Assembly: GCA_041662665.1 (NCBI GenBank) | Contig: JBAZSC010000001.1 | Span: 577,511-641,510, forward strand | Direction: 5' to 3' | From: Patescibacteria group bacterium | GTDB lineage: Bacteria > Patescibacteriota > JABMPQ01 > JAQVVF01 | Length of the DNA: 64,000 nucleotides | Shown here: positions 49,270 through 59,494 of the stretch, one piece after another | Layout: each line of letters begins with the position of its first letter | How positions within the stretch are numbered: position 1 is the first letter of the stretch | The notes under the pieces: model-generated | Told to the model about the DNA's origin: nothing | The model's input: only the letters and a program-made list of their open reading frames with translations | Database searches by the model: none | Program-made: the position numbers and the translations under genes

Positions 49270-49301
49270 TCAATTTAACAATTTAACAATTCAGCAATTT
49301 A
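49270..49301 (+). repeat. 4 x 8-mer array with no spacers (CAATTTAA CAATTTAA CAATTCAG CAATTTAG)
   Basis: Read directly in the divergent intergenic region. Confidence 0.6.
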
Positions 49302-49313
49302 GTTTAGTCTATC

Positions 49314-50501
49314 ATGAAAATAAAAAAAATTTTAGCATTAATACCAGCCTTGATTATTTTAATTTTTCCATTCTTTTCGCAAGCTTACAATATTCAAGAC
49401 TATATTAAAACAACATATAATCGTTATTCAAAACATTTTGACAAAAATGGCTGGCATTATAATCAGCCAAATTATTCTATAGATAACAAATACCCAAACA
49501 CTGCGCGCGAATGGTCAATGTTTGCATCTTATTATTATAATCGATTAGATAATCAAAAAACAAAAATACAGATTAAGGCAGCTTTAAACAATGCAATCCT
49601 AGAATTGCAGGCTAGACCAACAATCACTCAATCATTTAACGATTCAATCGCTCATTACTTAATTTATCAGCAAAAAAACTTATTTAGCAAAGAGGAAAAA
49701 GAAATTTATTATTCTCAAGTAAAAGAATCACTTTTCGCTAGAGTGAATATTAACGATAGTGAAAATCGAGGAATAATTGCTGGAGTTCTAGATTCATATT
49801 TAGCTAACAAACTATATTTTGATAAACAAATTGATAGGCAACAATACAAATTTCTAATTAAAAGAAACAAGCAAAAAATTTCCAAAAGCATAAATCAATG
49901 TATTGATGAAAATGACTGGTATTTTGAAGGCGATCAAAAATATTTTTCAACCCATTATCATGTTTTATCAGCATATTTGTTAATGTTCTACAGTGATTAT
50001 TTTAACAACGAAAAATATCTAGATTTGTCCAAAAAAATGACATCAAACATCAGAAAACTAACTTTCCAGAATGGATTTATTGAGGCAAAAATAGGCATGC
50101 GACCAATTGGCTTGGGCGCTCAAACATATTTAATGCTTGGCATTTTAAACAAAAGATTTAACCACAAAGATTATAGTGTTTATTTAAATTATGTTAAACC
50201 TCGTTTTTTTAATGATAAAGCATCTCCAAATCGCTTAGAATTTCATTCAACTATGATAGACACAGAACCAAATTATCATGACGATATTGGATTCAGTTTG
50301 ATTGCTGAAATTTCCAAGAATGATAATAAAATAATAAACACAAAATTTAAAAAAGAAATAAATAGAATAAATTTAAAAAATAACTCGTATCAAGATAAAA
50401 GGTTTACAATAAAAAATAATGGTGGGATAATTATAATAAATAATAAAGAATACCAACTCGCCACAAACGGCGATTATTCCCGAATCTTCACGATTAAATA
50501 G
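49314..50501 (+). CDS. secreted hypothetical protein (signal peptide, 395 aa)
   Basis: The N-terminus MKIKKILALIPALIILIFPFFSQA is a signal peptide. No motif was recognised. Confidence 0.5.
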   Translation: MKIKKILALIPALIILIFPFFSQAYNIQDYIKTTYNRYSKHFDKNGWHYNQPNYSIDNKYPNTAREWSMFASYYYNRLDNQKTKIQIKAALNNAILELQARPTITQSFNDSIAHYLIYQQKNLFSKEEKEIYYSQVKESLFARVNINDSENRGIIAGVLDSYLANKLYFDKQIDRQQYKFLIKRNKQKISKSINQCIDENDWYFEGDQKYFSTHYHVLSAYLLMFYSDYFNNEKYLDLSKKMTSNIRKLTFQNGFIEAKIGMRPIGLGAQTYLMLGILNKRFNHKDYSVYLNYVKPRFFNDKASPNRLEFHSTMIDTEPNYHDDIGFSLIAEISKNDNKIINTKFKKEINRINLKNNSYQDKRFTIKNNGGIIIINNKEYQLATNGDYSRIFTIK

Positions 50502-50514
50502 TTTTACGAAGCAT

Positions 50515-50585
50515 TTATTCGAAAAGGTATTCGCTTATATTCGCAAAAGTATTAGAGTGAGCCCCGAAAAAGTATTAGAGTAAGG
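50515..50585 (+). repeat. divergent ATTCGAAA-family element
   Basis: attcgaaaaggt attcgcttat attcgcaaaagtattagagtgagccccgaaaaagtattagagt. Confidence 0.6.
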
Positions 50586-50612
50586 CAACAAAAAAGACTA
50601 CAAGCAGTAGTC

Positions 50613-51332
50613 TTAACCCAAAATGATCTTCAATAAATGTGCAGTATTCGTCAAGTCGTCAAACAGATAATCAGGAGATGCAATTACTAATTCTTCTCTA
50701 GAAACCAATCCAGTAGAAACACCAATCGTTTTTACACCAGCAATTTTTCCTGTTTTAACATCTCTAGGCGTATCACCAAACAGAAAAACCCTGTCTTCAG
50801 GTGCCCAATGATTTTCTTCATTTTTCTTCAAAGCCATTTTGACCAAATCTAAACGCTGTAATGCTTGATCACCAAATTGCCTAATTCTGAAAAATGGAAT
50901 CAATCCAGCTTTCCGAAGTTTACATTTAGCAATTCCTTCAACAGCACCAGTAACAACTCCCAACGCAACACCATTTCTAATCAATGCCCTAAGCAGTTCT
51001 TTCACTCCTGGCAAAGCACAAATTTCCATTTGCCTAACATCAGATTCATAAAACGCAGCCATTTCCGAAAAAATTGCAAATAACTTTTCATGAGCTACAA
51101 TTTTATCCATTCCATATTTTGCAAGCAAAGCATAAATCAATTGCGTGTCTGTCAAACCATGGTAATCAATTCCATCCAAAGAAGCATCCTTAATCCCACA
51201 AACTTTTTCCAATGCATAATAAACTGCTTTTCCATGCCCACCATTGTTAATTCCAGACGGAATCAAAGTTCCATCCATATCAAACAAAACCAAAACCTTA
51301 AACATATAGCTCCTGAACTGTGCATCTGACAT
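50613..51332 (-). CDS. HAD-superfamily hydrolase (phosphatase/beta-phosphoglucomutase-like)
   Basis: Carries motif I, VLFDMDGTL, and a motif IV region, LFGDTPRDVKTG. There is a strong SD; an alternative ATG at 51305 is also SD-preceded. Confidence 0.75.
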   Translation of the reverse strand: MSDAQFRSYMFKVLVLFDMDGTLIPSGINNGGHGKAVYYALEKVCGIKDASLDGIDYHGLTDTQLIYALLAKYGMDKIVAHEKLFAIFSEMAAFYESDVRQMEICALPGVKELLRALIRNGVALGVVTGAVEGIAKCKLRKAGLIPFFRIRQFGDQALQRLDLVKMALKKNEENHWAPEDRVFLFGDTPRDVKTGKIAGVKTIGVSTGLVSREELVIASPDYLFDDLTNTAHLLKIILG

Positions 51333-51379
51333 CTCTCCCTCCTCTGCATGTAAAGAACCTACCGAAATCTGACTAATAA

Positions 51380-51408
51380 AATATATACTAAATAAGTATT
51401 TTTGTCAA
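51380..51408 (-). promoter_or_regulatory. sigma70 promoter of the HAD gene (TTGACA-N17-TATATT on the minus strand)
   Basis: Read directly; it has the same style as the cassette promoters. Confidence 0.55.
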
Positions 51409-51451
51409 AGCTTTAATATAAAAATAAATATTTAACTCAAAACAAAAAATA

Positions 51452-53056
51452 ATGCCTAATTTCTTACAACCAAAATTAATCTTAAAAATAACAGCAATTT
51501 GCCTTCTTTTTTATATTCTATCATTTTTTGCATACCTATTTCCCATTTTTAACAGCCTAATTTTTTGGTTAATTGTGATTGGAGCTTTTGCCTTAACAAT
51601 AAAAAAATTAGAATATGGCGTATTTATCGTTCTTACAGAATTGTTTATTGGCGTCAAAGGCTATTTATTTTCTTTTGATTTTGGCGGCAGATTTGTTCTA
51701 TCAATCAGAATCGCTCTTTTTGCAATGGTCTTTCTAATTTGGTTATTTAGAAGAGCAAAAACATATGAAGCAGGTAAATATAATTTTCTTTATTCAAAAT
51801 TTTTTGTTCCTTTTGCAATTTTCACTTTTTTTATTCTAATTGGTTTTTCAACTGGACTAATTAATGGCAATTTTGCTAAAAATATTTTCTTTGATGCTAA
51901 TGGATATCTTTATCTAGCTTTTGTTTTTCCAATTTTTGATATTATTCATAATAAAATTAAAGTTAGAAAACTAATTCAATATCTGGTTGCCGGAAGTTTG
52001 GCAATTACAATTTTAACTTTTTATGTTTCTATTGGCTTTACCATAATGCATCAAGACGCAAGACCAGGAATGGCTGGAGCAAAATCAACAGAGCAAACAT
52101 TAGAATCAGAAGAAGCTGGAGAGTTTATGATTTCACACTCAATTTTTGCTAAAGAAGAATTAATGTCTCGTGCCTTCTTCAGAAATCTAGATACCCCAAA
52201 ACCATACATTTATCGTTGGACACAAGATACTGGAATGGGCGAAATATCATATTTGACAGGTCCATTTTTTCGTTTCTTTTCAGCTGGACAACTCTATTCA
52301 GCTTTAGTATTTATAATTCTACTGGCAAAATTTTTGCAAGACAAAAAATTACAATTTAAAAATAATATCTTCCAATTATTAATATCTGCTTTGTGCGGAC
52401 TTGCTGTTATAGTTGGTTTTTCAAGAAGTCTTTGGATTGGACTAGTATTCGCATTAATCTTTTTGCTTTTCAATCTTCCAAAAAGAAGAGCTGCAAAAAT
52501 TGCTCTCTATTCAATTGGCATAATTTCATTAATTATTATAATATTTGGAACATTATTGCCTCAAGTTTACGACGTAGTAGGCGATAGAGTCGCCAGTATT
52601 TTTCAGCCAAAAACAGAAGCTGCAGCCTCAAATCGTTATAATGTATTAACACCAGCTCTTCAAAAAATAAAAGAACATCCTATTTTAGGCTCAGGATATG
52701 GAACAACAATTGAATATACAAGCGTCGCACTTGAAAAATTTGGCACAGTCAGAGTTTTTTCATTTGAATGGGCTTATTTAGATACAATCATTGAAATCGG
52801 TATTTTAGGATTGCTTTCATATTTATGGTTTATTTTTTCAATCTTCAAAGATGGCTACAAAACAAAAGAAGAAGATAATAAAAAATTAGTCATTTGTTTT
52901 TTAACTGGAATTGTTTTAATATTATTTACTAACATTACAACTCCATTTTTAAATCATCCTTTAGGCATTGGATTTATTCTAATTACTGCTGCAATAATTT
53001 ACGCCTTAGAAAAAATTAAAGCTCAGACAATTACTAAATCAAGTTCAAAAGCCTAA
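51452..53056 (+). CDS. O-antigen ligase/polymerase-like (Wzy_C domain) polytopic membrane protein
   Basis: About 12 TM segments. Has the periplasmic loop motif GFSRSLWIGL...GSGYGTT. Confidence 0.6.
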   Translation: MPNFLQPKLILKITAICLLFYILSFFAYLFPIFNSLIFWLIVIGAFALTIKKLEYGVFIVLTELFIGVKGYLFSFDFGGRFVLSIRIALFAMVFLIWLFRRAKTYEAGKYNFLYSKFFVPFAIFTFFILIGFSTGLINGNFAKNIFFDANGYLYLAFVFPIFDIIHNKIKVRKLIQYLVAGSLAITILTFYVSIGFTIMHQDARPGMAGAKSTEQTLESEEAGEFMISHSIFAKEELMSRAFFRNLDTPKPYIYRWTQDTGMGEISYLTGPFFRFFSAGQLYSALVFIILLAKFLQDKKLQFKNNIFQLLISALCGLAVIVGFSRSLWIGLVFALIFLLFNLPKRRAAKIALYSIGIISLIIIIFGTLLPQVYDVVGDRVASIFQPKTEAAASNRYNVLTPALQKIKEHPILGSGYGTTIEYTSVALEKFGTVRVFSFEWAYLDTIIEIGILGLLSYLWFIFSIFKDGYKTKEEDNKKLVICFLTGIVLILFTNITTPFLNHPLGIGFILITAAIIYALEKIKAQTITKSSSKA

Positions 53057-53065
53057 CACAAAACA

Positions 53066-53626
53066 ATGATCTTATCCGACAAAGACATCAAAAAAGCATT
53101 AGTTAATCAAGACATAAGTATTGATCCATTTGATAAAAAATACATTCAGCCAGCATCAATTGACTTACATCTAGACCGACATTTTTTAATTTATAACACC
53201 AGCAAAAATTACGTCATTGATCCAAAAAAGAAAATAGATACAATGATGGAAAAGATTTCTATCGAAAAAGATAATCCTTTTGTTTTACATCCTGGAGAAT
53301 TTGCTCTTGGAATGATCTATGAAAAAACAGGTGTTTCTTCATCATATGTCGGCCGTCTAGAAGGCAAGAGCTCAGTTGGCAGAATGGGCTTGCTAATTCA
53401 TGTCACTGCTGGCTTTCTTGATCCAGGAAATTCATTAAAAATGACATTAGAATTACATAATACAGCTAATCTACCAATTTTGTTATATTACAAAATGCCA
53501 ATCGCTCAAATGGCTTTCGAAAAATTATCATCTCCTTGCGATAATCCTTATTCAAAAAAGAATAACAATAAGTATGTCGGCGATCTCATGCCAAAAGCAA
53601 GTCAAATGTGGAAAAATTTTTGCTAA
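53066..53626 (+). CDS. dcd: dCTP deaminase
   Basis: MILSDKDIKKAL...PASIDLHLD...HPGEFALG...GRLEGKSSVGRMGLLIHVTAGFLDPG is colinear with E. coli Dcd. Confidence 0.9.
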   Translation: MILSDKDIKKALVNQDISIDPFDKKYIQPASIDLHLDRHFLIYNTSKNYVIDPKKKIDTMMEKISIEKDNPFVLHPGEFALGMIYEKTGVSSSYVGRLEGKSSVGRMGLLIHVTAGFLDPGNSLKMTLELHNTANLPILLYYKMPIAQMAFEKLSSPCDNPYSKKNNNKYVGDLMPKASQMWKNFC

Positions 53627-53650
53627 AAAAAACAGTAGGAATTAAAAATC

Positions 53651-54703
53651 ATGAAAGTCACAATTTCGTTATTAAATTATAATAAGAAAAAATATCTTCC
53701 ATATTGTCTAGATTCAGTTCTTCAGCAATCACATCAAGATCTAGAAATATTTTTTGTAGATAATGCATCATCAGACAGTTCTTTTGAATACCTAAAAAGT
53801 TATGCTGAGCATAAATACCCATTAGCAAAAATAAATTTTATCAGAAACCAAGAAAATTTAGGATATTCAAAAGCACATAATGAAGTTATTAAAAAAGCAA
53901 CAGGTGAATTTATTTTTTGCTTAAATCCAGACATTATTTTAAACAAAGATTATATTAAAAATTGCCTAGAAATTTTGATGCAAAATCCAAAAATGGGTGC
54001 AATTACAGGAAAACTTTTTAAATGGGATTTTGCTCAAAATACAAAAACTAATATCATTGATTCCTGCGGACATAGAATTTTAAAAACACATCGCATTATA
54101 GAATGGGGAAGCAATCAAAAAGATTCTCCAGAATTTGAAACTATAAAAAAAATATTCAGCGTCTCTGGTGCGGCTCCAATTTATCGCAAAGAAGCACTTG
54201 AAAGTATAAAATTCAAAATTCCCCAAAATTCGAAAAATAATTCGCAAACATTCGAAAATAAATTTGAGTATTTCGACGAGTCATTTTTTGCCTACAAAGA
54301 AGACATTGATCTATCATGGCGCTTATTACATGCGGGCTGGGAAATCTGGTTTGATCACAAATCACATGCCTGGCATGACCGCTGGGAGACAGGAACAGGA
54401 GAAACAGCTCTAAAAACAGCAGAGCAAAGAAACAAAAAATCTGACTTAATTAACAAATTATCATACCGTAATCATTTATTATTGTTATACAAAAATGAAT
54501 TTGCAAGTAATTTCTTAATTTATTTCCCATGGATCTTCTTTTATGAACTTGGCAAATTCTTTTACACCTTATTCAGAGAACCAAAAAATCTATCAGCTAT
54601 AATTGAATTATTCAAACTCTGCAAATTGACCAAAGCAAAAAGAAATGCTATAATAAAAAATAGCAAGATCAAGCCAAAAGATATCAGAAAATATATCTAC
54701 TAA
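53651..54703 (+). CDS. GT2 glycosyltransferase carrying an in-frame ATTCGAAA element (NSKNNSQTFENKFEYF)
   Basis: Carries VTISLLNYNKKKYLPYCLDSV...FFVDNASSDSS. The element is at 54227..54276. Confidence 0.8.
   Translation: MKVTISLLNYNKKKYLPYCLDSVLQQSHQDLEIFFVDNASSDSSFEYLKSYAEHKYPLAKINFIRNQENLGYSKAHNEVIKKATGEFIFCLNPDIILNKDYIKNCLEILMQNPKMGAITGKLFKWDFAQNTKTNIIDSCGHRILKTHRIIEWGSNQKDSPEFETIKKIFSVSGAAPIYRKEALESIKFKIPQNSKNNSQTFENKFEYFDESFFAYKEDIDLSWRLLHAGWEIWFDHKSHAWHDRWETGTGETALKTAEQRNKKSDLINKLSYRNHLLLLYKNEFASNFLIYFPWIFFYELGKFFYTLFREPKNLSAIIELFKLCKLTKAKRNAIIKNSKIKPKDIRKYIY
54227..54276 (+). repeat. 4 x ATTCGAAA-family element in-frame within the GT2 gene
   Basis: aattcgaaaaata attcgcaaac attcgaaaata aatttgagta. 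Confidence 0.8.
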
Positions 54704-54747
54704 TTTTAAAATAGAATCATTTTTACATAAAATTTAGACTTGAGATT

Positions 54748-55611
54748 ATGAAATACACAAAAGATCTCTCCATAATTATCATTAATTACAAAACGCCTTC
54801 TCACTTGAAACAGTGCATTAAATCAATCAGAAAACATGCTCCAAAAATGGAATATGAGATTATTGTTGTTGATAATAATTCTCAAGATATAACTGTCCAG
54901 ATGATCGAAGACGATTTTATGTATAATTATAAAAATCAAAAAATCAGCAACGTTGAATTAATAGCTAATGACAAAAATTTAGGCTTTCCAAAAGCCGTCA
55001 ATCAAGGCGTCAAAATGGCAAAAGGAAAATATATCTTATTGCTAAATCCAGATATTACTATTTTAGAAGATTCTCTTGAACAAATGATGGCTTATCTTGA
55101 AAAGCATCCAAAAGTCGCAGTTATAGGTCCAAAGCTCATTAATCCTAATGGCTCAATTCAATTATCTTGTTTCAATAAATTTACATCTCCAGAATTAGTA
55201 TTATATCGTCGAACATTATTTGGAAAAATGAATCATGCTAGAAAAATATTAGACGATTTTACTATGAAATCGTGGGATCATTCAACAGAAAAAAATGTCG
55301 CTTGGATTCTAGGCTCATGCATGCTAATCAAAAAAGATATAATCGACGAAGTCGGCATTATGGATGAAAGATATTTTATGTACATGGAAGATGTTGATTG
55401 GTGCCGAAGATTCTGGCAAGCAGGATATGAAGTAAAATATTATCCAAAAGTCAAAATGGTTCATTATTACGCCAGAGAATCTTCGTCTGAATCAGGATTA
55501 ATAAAAGCAATGCTCAAAAAACAAACCAGAACACACATTACATCTGCTTTAAAATTTTTTCTAAAATATTTTGGACAAAAAGATGAACAATATCAATCAG
55601 CCAGTAAATAA
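54748..55611 (+). CDS. GT2 glycosyltransferase
   Basis: Carries LSIIIINYKTPSHLKQCIKSI...IVVDNNSQD. Confidence 0.85.
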   Translation: MKYTKDLSIIIINYKTPSHLKQCIKSIRKHAPKMEYEIIVVDNNSQDITVQMIEDDFMYNYKNQKISNVELIANDKNLGFPKAVNQGVKMAKGKYILLLNPDITILEDSLEQMMAYLEKHPKVAVIGPKLINPNGSIQLSCFNKFTSPELVLYRRTLFGKMNHARKILDDFTMKSWDHSTEKNVAWILGSCMLIKKDIIDEVGIMDERYFMYMEDVDWCRRFWQAGYEVKYYPKVKMVHYYARESSSESGLIKAMLKKQTRTHITSALKFFLKYFGQKDEQYQSASK

Positions 55612-57520
55612 TAAACCAATTAACAACGAAATCAAGAAAAATAAAATAAAACCAATTCACATTACTTTAGGTATTATTGGTCTATTTTTGTTATTGATTT
55701 TAGGAAGTATCTATCCAGCTTTCGATGCCTACAAATATGCAATGCAAGGCAAACAAAATCTTCTTGATGCCGAAAATGCAATTAAAGACCAAAATTTTGC
55801 TCAAGCTGCAACAACATTAAAAAAATCAAGTGATAATTTCAGAAGAGCAAAAAATGACCTTTATTTTTTAGTCTGGCTAAAAATAATTCCATATGTCGGA
55901 ATTCAATACAGTGCAGCTGATCATCTTGTCAAAGCAGCATATAACATCACTTCAGGACTTCATGAAACAACTCTTGCAATCGAAAACATTATAAAACCAT
56001 TACAATCTGAAAATGTAAAATCAGTCAGAGCAGTTTCAGAAAATCAAAAAACAGAAATTATTAAAAATATTTATAATGCATCACCAAATTTTGCCGAAAG
56101 TTCAAGCAAAATTGAAATGGCTGAGATTGAAATAAATCGAATTCCAACTTTTTTAACGTTACAAAAAATAACTGATGCAAAAAAACAAGTTAATCAATAT
56201 TTGCCTCAAATCAATGAGATAATGAAACAGGTTGCGCAAGGCTCAAAATTATTGCCTGAAGCTTTAGGATATCCAAACGAACAAACATATTTATTTTTAT
56301 TAGAAAATAATTCTGAATTGCGTCCTGGAGGTGGCTTTATCGGAACCTACGGAATTATAAAAATAAAAGGCGGGGAACTGACAAAGTTAAAAACTGACAA
56401 TATTTACAATTTAGATTATCCATCAAAAATCAAAGTTACACCTCCATGGCAAATCCTAAAATACATCGATCCAAAATTAAAATCATTATATTTCAGAGAT
56501 TCAAATTGGTCGCCTGATTTTCCAACCAATGCCGAAAAAGCAATTTGGTTCTATCAACAAGAAGGTGGAGAAGAAAAAAATATTGATGGCGTAGTAGCAA
56601 TCACTCCAACTTTTATTGAATATCTTTTGGAAGTTATTGGGCCAATTAAAGCTCGAGATGAAACCTTCAATGCTGATAACATAACAGAAAAAGTTCAGCA
56701 AATTACTACTGGTGCTTACGAGGGAAAGGTTGTAATTTTAGAACAAAAAACAAGAAAAGGTATTATCGGCGATCTATCAAAATCTTTACTTGGAAAAATA
56801 TTTTTATTAAAAAAAGACAAGTGGCCAAATATGTTAAAAGCAATTCAAAAAGGCTTTCAAGATAAGCAAGCTCTTGTTTACTTTAAAGATAAAAATAAAG
56901 AAAAGATGCTCGAAAAAAATGATTTTGCCGGATCTGTAAATCAAGATACAAAAAACAGCGACTACTTAATGGTTGTTGATTCCAATATGGCTAGCTTAAA
57001 AACTGATCCATTCATGGAAAGAAATATAGATTATACTATTAAGCCAAATGGTCAAGCAAAAGTTGCTATTACTTACACAAACAATGCTGTTCCTGCATTA
57101 TTAACAACAAGATATCGATCTTGGACAAGAATTTATGTCCCAAAAGGCAGCGAATTTTTGAGTGTTGAAAATAATGAAAAAGGATTAGATCTTTACAACT
57201 CTGATCAAAGCTATGAAATAACGGAAGAATTAAATAAATCTGTTTTTGGAACTTTCATAAATATTGAAACTCAAGAAACAAAAACAATTACTTATAATTA
57301 TATTCTTCCAAAATACGTACAAGATCAAATTAAAAAAGGCGAGTACAAAATAATTGTTCAGAAACAAGCTGGAGTTGTAAATCAAAATTTAATTGTTAAT
57401 TACAATTCAACAAACCCAATAAAAAGTATTGAACCAACAAATTCTGGCAAGATTGAAAATAATTCGGCAATCTTTGAAACAAAATTGCAAAGTGACAAAG
57501 AATATACAATAAAATATTAA
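55571..57520 (+). CDS. membrane-anchored extracytoplasmic protein of unknown function (possibly DUF4012-like)
   Basis: Has one N-terminal TM helix then a roughly 600 aa soluble domain. It overlaps the end of the upstream GT2 gene; an alternative start is at 55583. Confidence 0.5.
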   Translation: MDKKMNNINQPVNNKPINNEIKKNKIKPIHITLGIIGLFLLLILGSIYPAFDAYKYAMQGKQNLLDAENAIKDQNFAQAATTLKKSSDNFRRAKNDLYFLVWLKIIPYVGIQYSAADHLVKAAYNITSGLHETTLAIENIIKPLQSENVKSVRAVSENQKTEIIKNIYNASPNFAESSSKIEMAEIEINRIPTFLTLQKITDAKKQVNQYLPQINEIMKQVAQGSKLLPEALGYPNEQTYLFLLENNSELRPGGGFIGTYGIIKIKGGELTKLKTDNIYNLDYPSKIKVTPPWQILKYIDPKLKSLYFRDSNWSPDFPTNAEKAIWFYQQEGGEEKNIDGVVAITPTFIEYLLEVIGPIKARDETFNADNITEKVQQITTGAYEGKVVILEQKTRKGIIGDLSKSLLGKIFLLKKDKWPNMLKAIQKGFQDKQALVYFKDKNKEKMLEKNDFAGSVNQDTKNSDYLMVVDSNMASLKTDPFMERNIDYTIKPNGQAKVAITYTNNAVPALLTTRYRSWTRIYVPKGSEFLSVENNEKGLDLYNSDQSYEITEELNKSVFGTFINIETQETKTITYNYILPKYVQDQIKKGEYKIIVQKQAGVVNQNLIVNYNSTNPIKSIEPTNSGKIENNSAIFETKLQSDKEYTIKY

Positions 57521-57556
57521 AATGTGCAAATATTAAATTTAACAATTATCAGTTAC

Positions 57557-57593
57557 GTGTTAACTGTTAATTGTTAACTGTTAATTGTTAACT
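57557..57593 (+). repeat. tandem TTAACTG/TTAATTG array upstream of ctpA
   Basis: gttaactgttaattgttaactgttaattgttaac. Confidence 0.6.
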
Positions 57594-57595
57594 TC

Positions 57596-58822
57596 TTGTA
57601 CAAACAACAACCGCAAAAAAATAAAAGTCTTCGAATATATTTAATATTGATAGCAATTCTTGCTAGTTTTACGATTGGTTTATTCGTTGGCAGAAGTAGG
57701 GCAGTCACTCAAAATACAGCACGACAAATAGATCAAGTAGAAAACAAATACACTAATCAAACTGGCGGTAAAGTTGACTTTAAAATATTTTGGGATGTTT
57801 GGGATTTACTTCAACAAAAATTTATTCATCAGCCTCTTGATTATAAAAAAATGGTTTATGGCGCAATTTCAGGTATGGTTAATTCTCTTGATGATCCTTA
57901 TACTGCCTTTTTTGATCCTGAACAATCCAAAGAATTTATGGACGAAATCGAAGGAAATCTCGAAGGTATAGGAGCAGAATTAGGCATAAAAAATGACGTT
58001 TTAACAGTTATTGCGCCTCTTTCAGGCTCTCCAGCAGAAAAAGCAGGTTTAAAACCAAATGATGTTATCCTTAAAATAAATGACGAAGTTGCCACAGAGA
58101 TGTCTTTGCAAGAAGCAGTATCAAAAATTAGAGGTACAGAAGGAACACAAGTAAAACTTACGGTTCTTCATGAAGGCGACAAAGAACCAAAAGAGATTAC
58201 TGTAACAAGACAAAAAATTACTGTTAAAAGTGTAGAATGGTCCTTAAAAAGTAATAACATTGCTTACATTAAACTTGGTTATTTTGGAAAAGATACAGCT
58301 TCAGATTTTCAAAATGCAGTTTCACAAATTTTACCACAAAATCCTAAAGGCATTATTTTAGATTTAAGAAATAATTCTGGCGGATATTTAGACAGCTCAA
58401 TAGATATTATCAATTTCTTTGTTCCAAAAGGAAAAATCGCAGCAATTGAATCATTTAGCGATGGCACAAAAGAAGAATTCAAAACAAAATCAAATGCGCC
58501 ATTAGAAAATATTCCAGTAATTGTTTTAATCAACAATGGATCTGCTAGTGCATCAGAAATCGTTGCTGGAGCATTAAGAGATATTAGACAAATCAAATTA
58601 ATAGGTGAAAAATCATTCGGCAAGGGCACTGTTCAACAACTAGAAGATTTAAAAGATGGCTCATCAGTCAAAATCAGCATTGCAGAATGGTTAACTCCTA
58701 ATGGCACAAGTATTAATAAAAAAGGGTTAGAACCAGATATCAATGTAAAATTAACTGAAAAAGATTATAACGAAAACAAAGATCCGCAGTTAGATCAAGC
58801 AATTCAAGAATTAACAAAATAA
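57596..58822 (+). CDS. ctpA: carboxyl-terminal processing protease (S41 peptidase with a PDZ domain)
   Basis: The PDZ domain has GIGAELGI...SPAEKAGLKPNDVILKIN. The S41 motifs are LDLRNNSGGYL and GEKSFGKGTVQ. Confidence 0.85.
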   Translation: MYKQQPQKNKSLRIYLILIAILASFTIGLFVGRSRAVTQNTARQIDQVENKYTNQTGGKVDFKIFWDVWDLLQQKFIHQPLDYKKMVYGAISGMVNSLDDPYTAFFDPEQSKEFMDEIEGNLEGIGAELGIKNDVLTVIAPLSGSPAEKAGLKPNDVILKINDEVATEMSLQEAVSKIRGTEGTQVKLTVLHEGDKEPKEITVTRQKITVKSVEWSLKSNNIAYIKLGYFGKDTASDFQNAVSQILPQNPKGIILDLRNNSGGYLDSSIDIINFFVPKGKIAAIESFSDGTKEEFKTKSNAPLENIPVIVLINNGSASASEIVAGALRDIRQIKLIGEKSFGKGTVQQLEDLKDGSSVKISIAEWLTPNGTSINKKGLEPDINVKLTEKDYNENKDPQLDQAIQELTK

Positions 58823-58831
58823 CTTTTCATT

Positions 58832-59026
58832 ATGCCATGCCTCAAATGCGGTGAATGCTGCAAAACATTATATTGGTCAGATAGGATAAAAATTTCCTTA
58901 AAAACAAAAAAAATCATGATCTCTAAAAAATGCGGATTTTTAGACAAAAATAATTTATGTACCATACACGCTATAAGGCCAGATGTATGCAAAAATTGGC
59001 GCTGTGGCGCATCAATACAAAAATAA
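58832..59026 (+). CDS. YkgJ-family cysteine-cluster protein (UPF0153)
   Basis: Carries CLKCGECCK...CGFLDKNNLCTIHAIRPDVCKNWRC. Confidence 0.7.
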   Translation: MPCLKCGECCKTLYWSDRIKISLKTKKIMISKKCGFLDKNNLCTIHAIRPDVCKNWRCGASIQK

Positions 59027-59038
59027 TTCAATTCAAAA

Positions 59039-59245
59039 ATGATAAAAAACTTAATAAAAAAGCATCAAAATATTCATTCAATATTAGTTGGCATGGCCTT
59101 AATCTTCTTTTGGCGAGGTATTTGGATTCTCACGGAAATGTATCTTTTTCCGAATAATCACACCTTAAGCGCAATAATTTGTATTGTAGTAGGGCTTTTT
59201 ATCCTTTACATAGATGACCGCAAATTTAAAGAATTAAATATCTAA
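59039..59245 (+). CDS. small 2-TM membrane protein
   Basis: A hydrophobic ORF; weak evidence. Confidence 0.3.
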   Translation: MIKNLIKKHQNIHSILVGMALIFFWRGIWILTEMYLFPNNHTLSAIICIVVGLFILYIDDRKFKELNI

Positions 59246-59248
59246 AAT

Positions 59249-59479
59249 ATGCGTAAATTTCATCAAACCTTCAAACCTGTCAGACAAGCAGGTAGATTAT
59301 TCTTTAGAAAAGAAACTCCTTTTTTATATAAGCTTATACCAATAGGTGCAATTTTATACATTATTTTTCCTCTAGATTTTATTACTGATGTAATTCCAGT
59401 TTTAGGTCAAATAGATGACTTGGGAATCCTTGCAGGATCGATTGGTCTCTTTAATTCTCTTGCCAAAAACAAAAATTAA
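59249..59479 (+). CDS. DUF1232 (YkvA-like) membrane protein
   Basis: DVIPVLGQIDDLGILA matches the DUF1232 signature. Confidence 0.6.
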   Translation: MRKFHQTFKPVRQAGRLFFRKETPFLYKLIPIGAILYIIFPLDFITDVIPVLGQIDDLGILAGSIGLFNSLAKNKN

Positions 59480-59494
59480 GTATATTATAATTTA

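Noticed and set aside
57774-58629. ORFs 57774..57971, 57898..58095 and 58309..58629 within ctpA
   Set aside because: They are alternative-frame or antisense ORFs inside the S41 protease gene.
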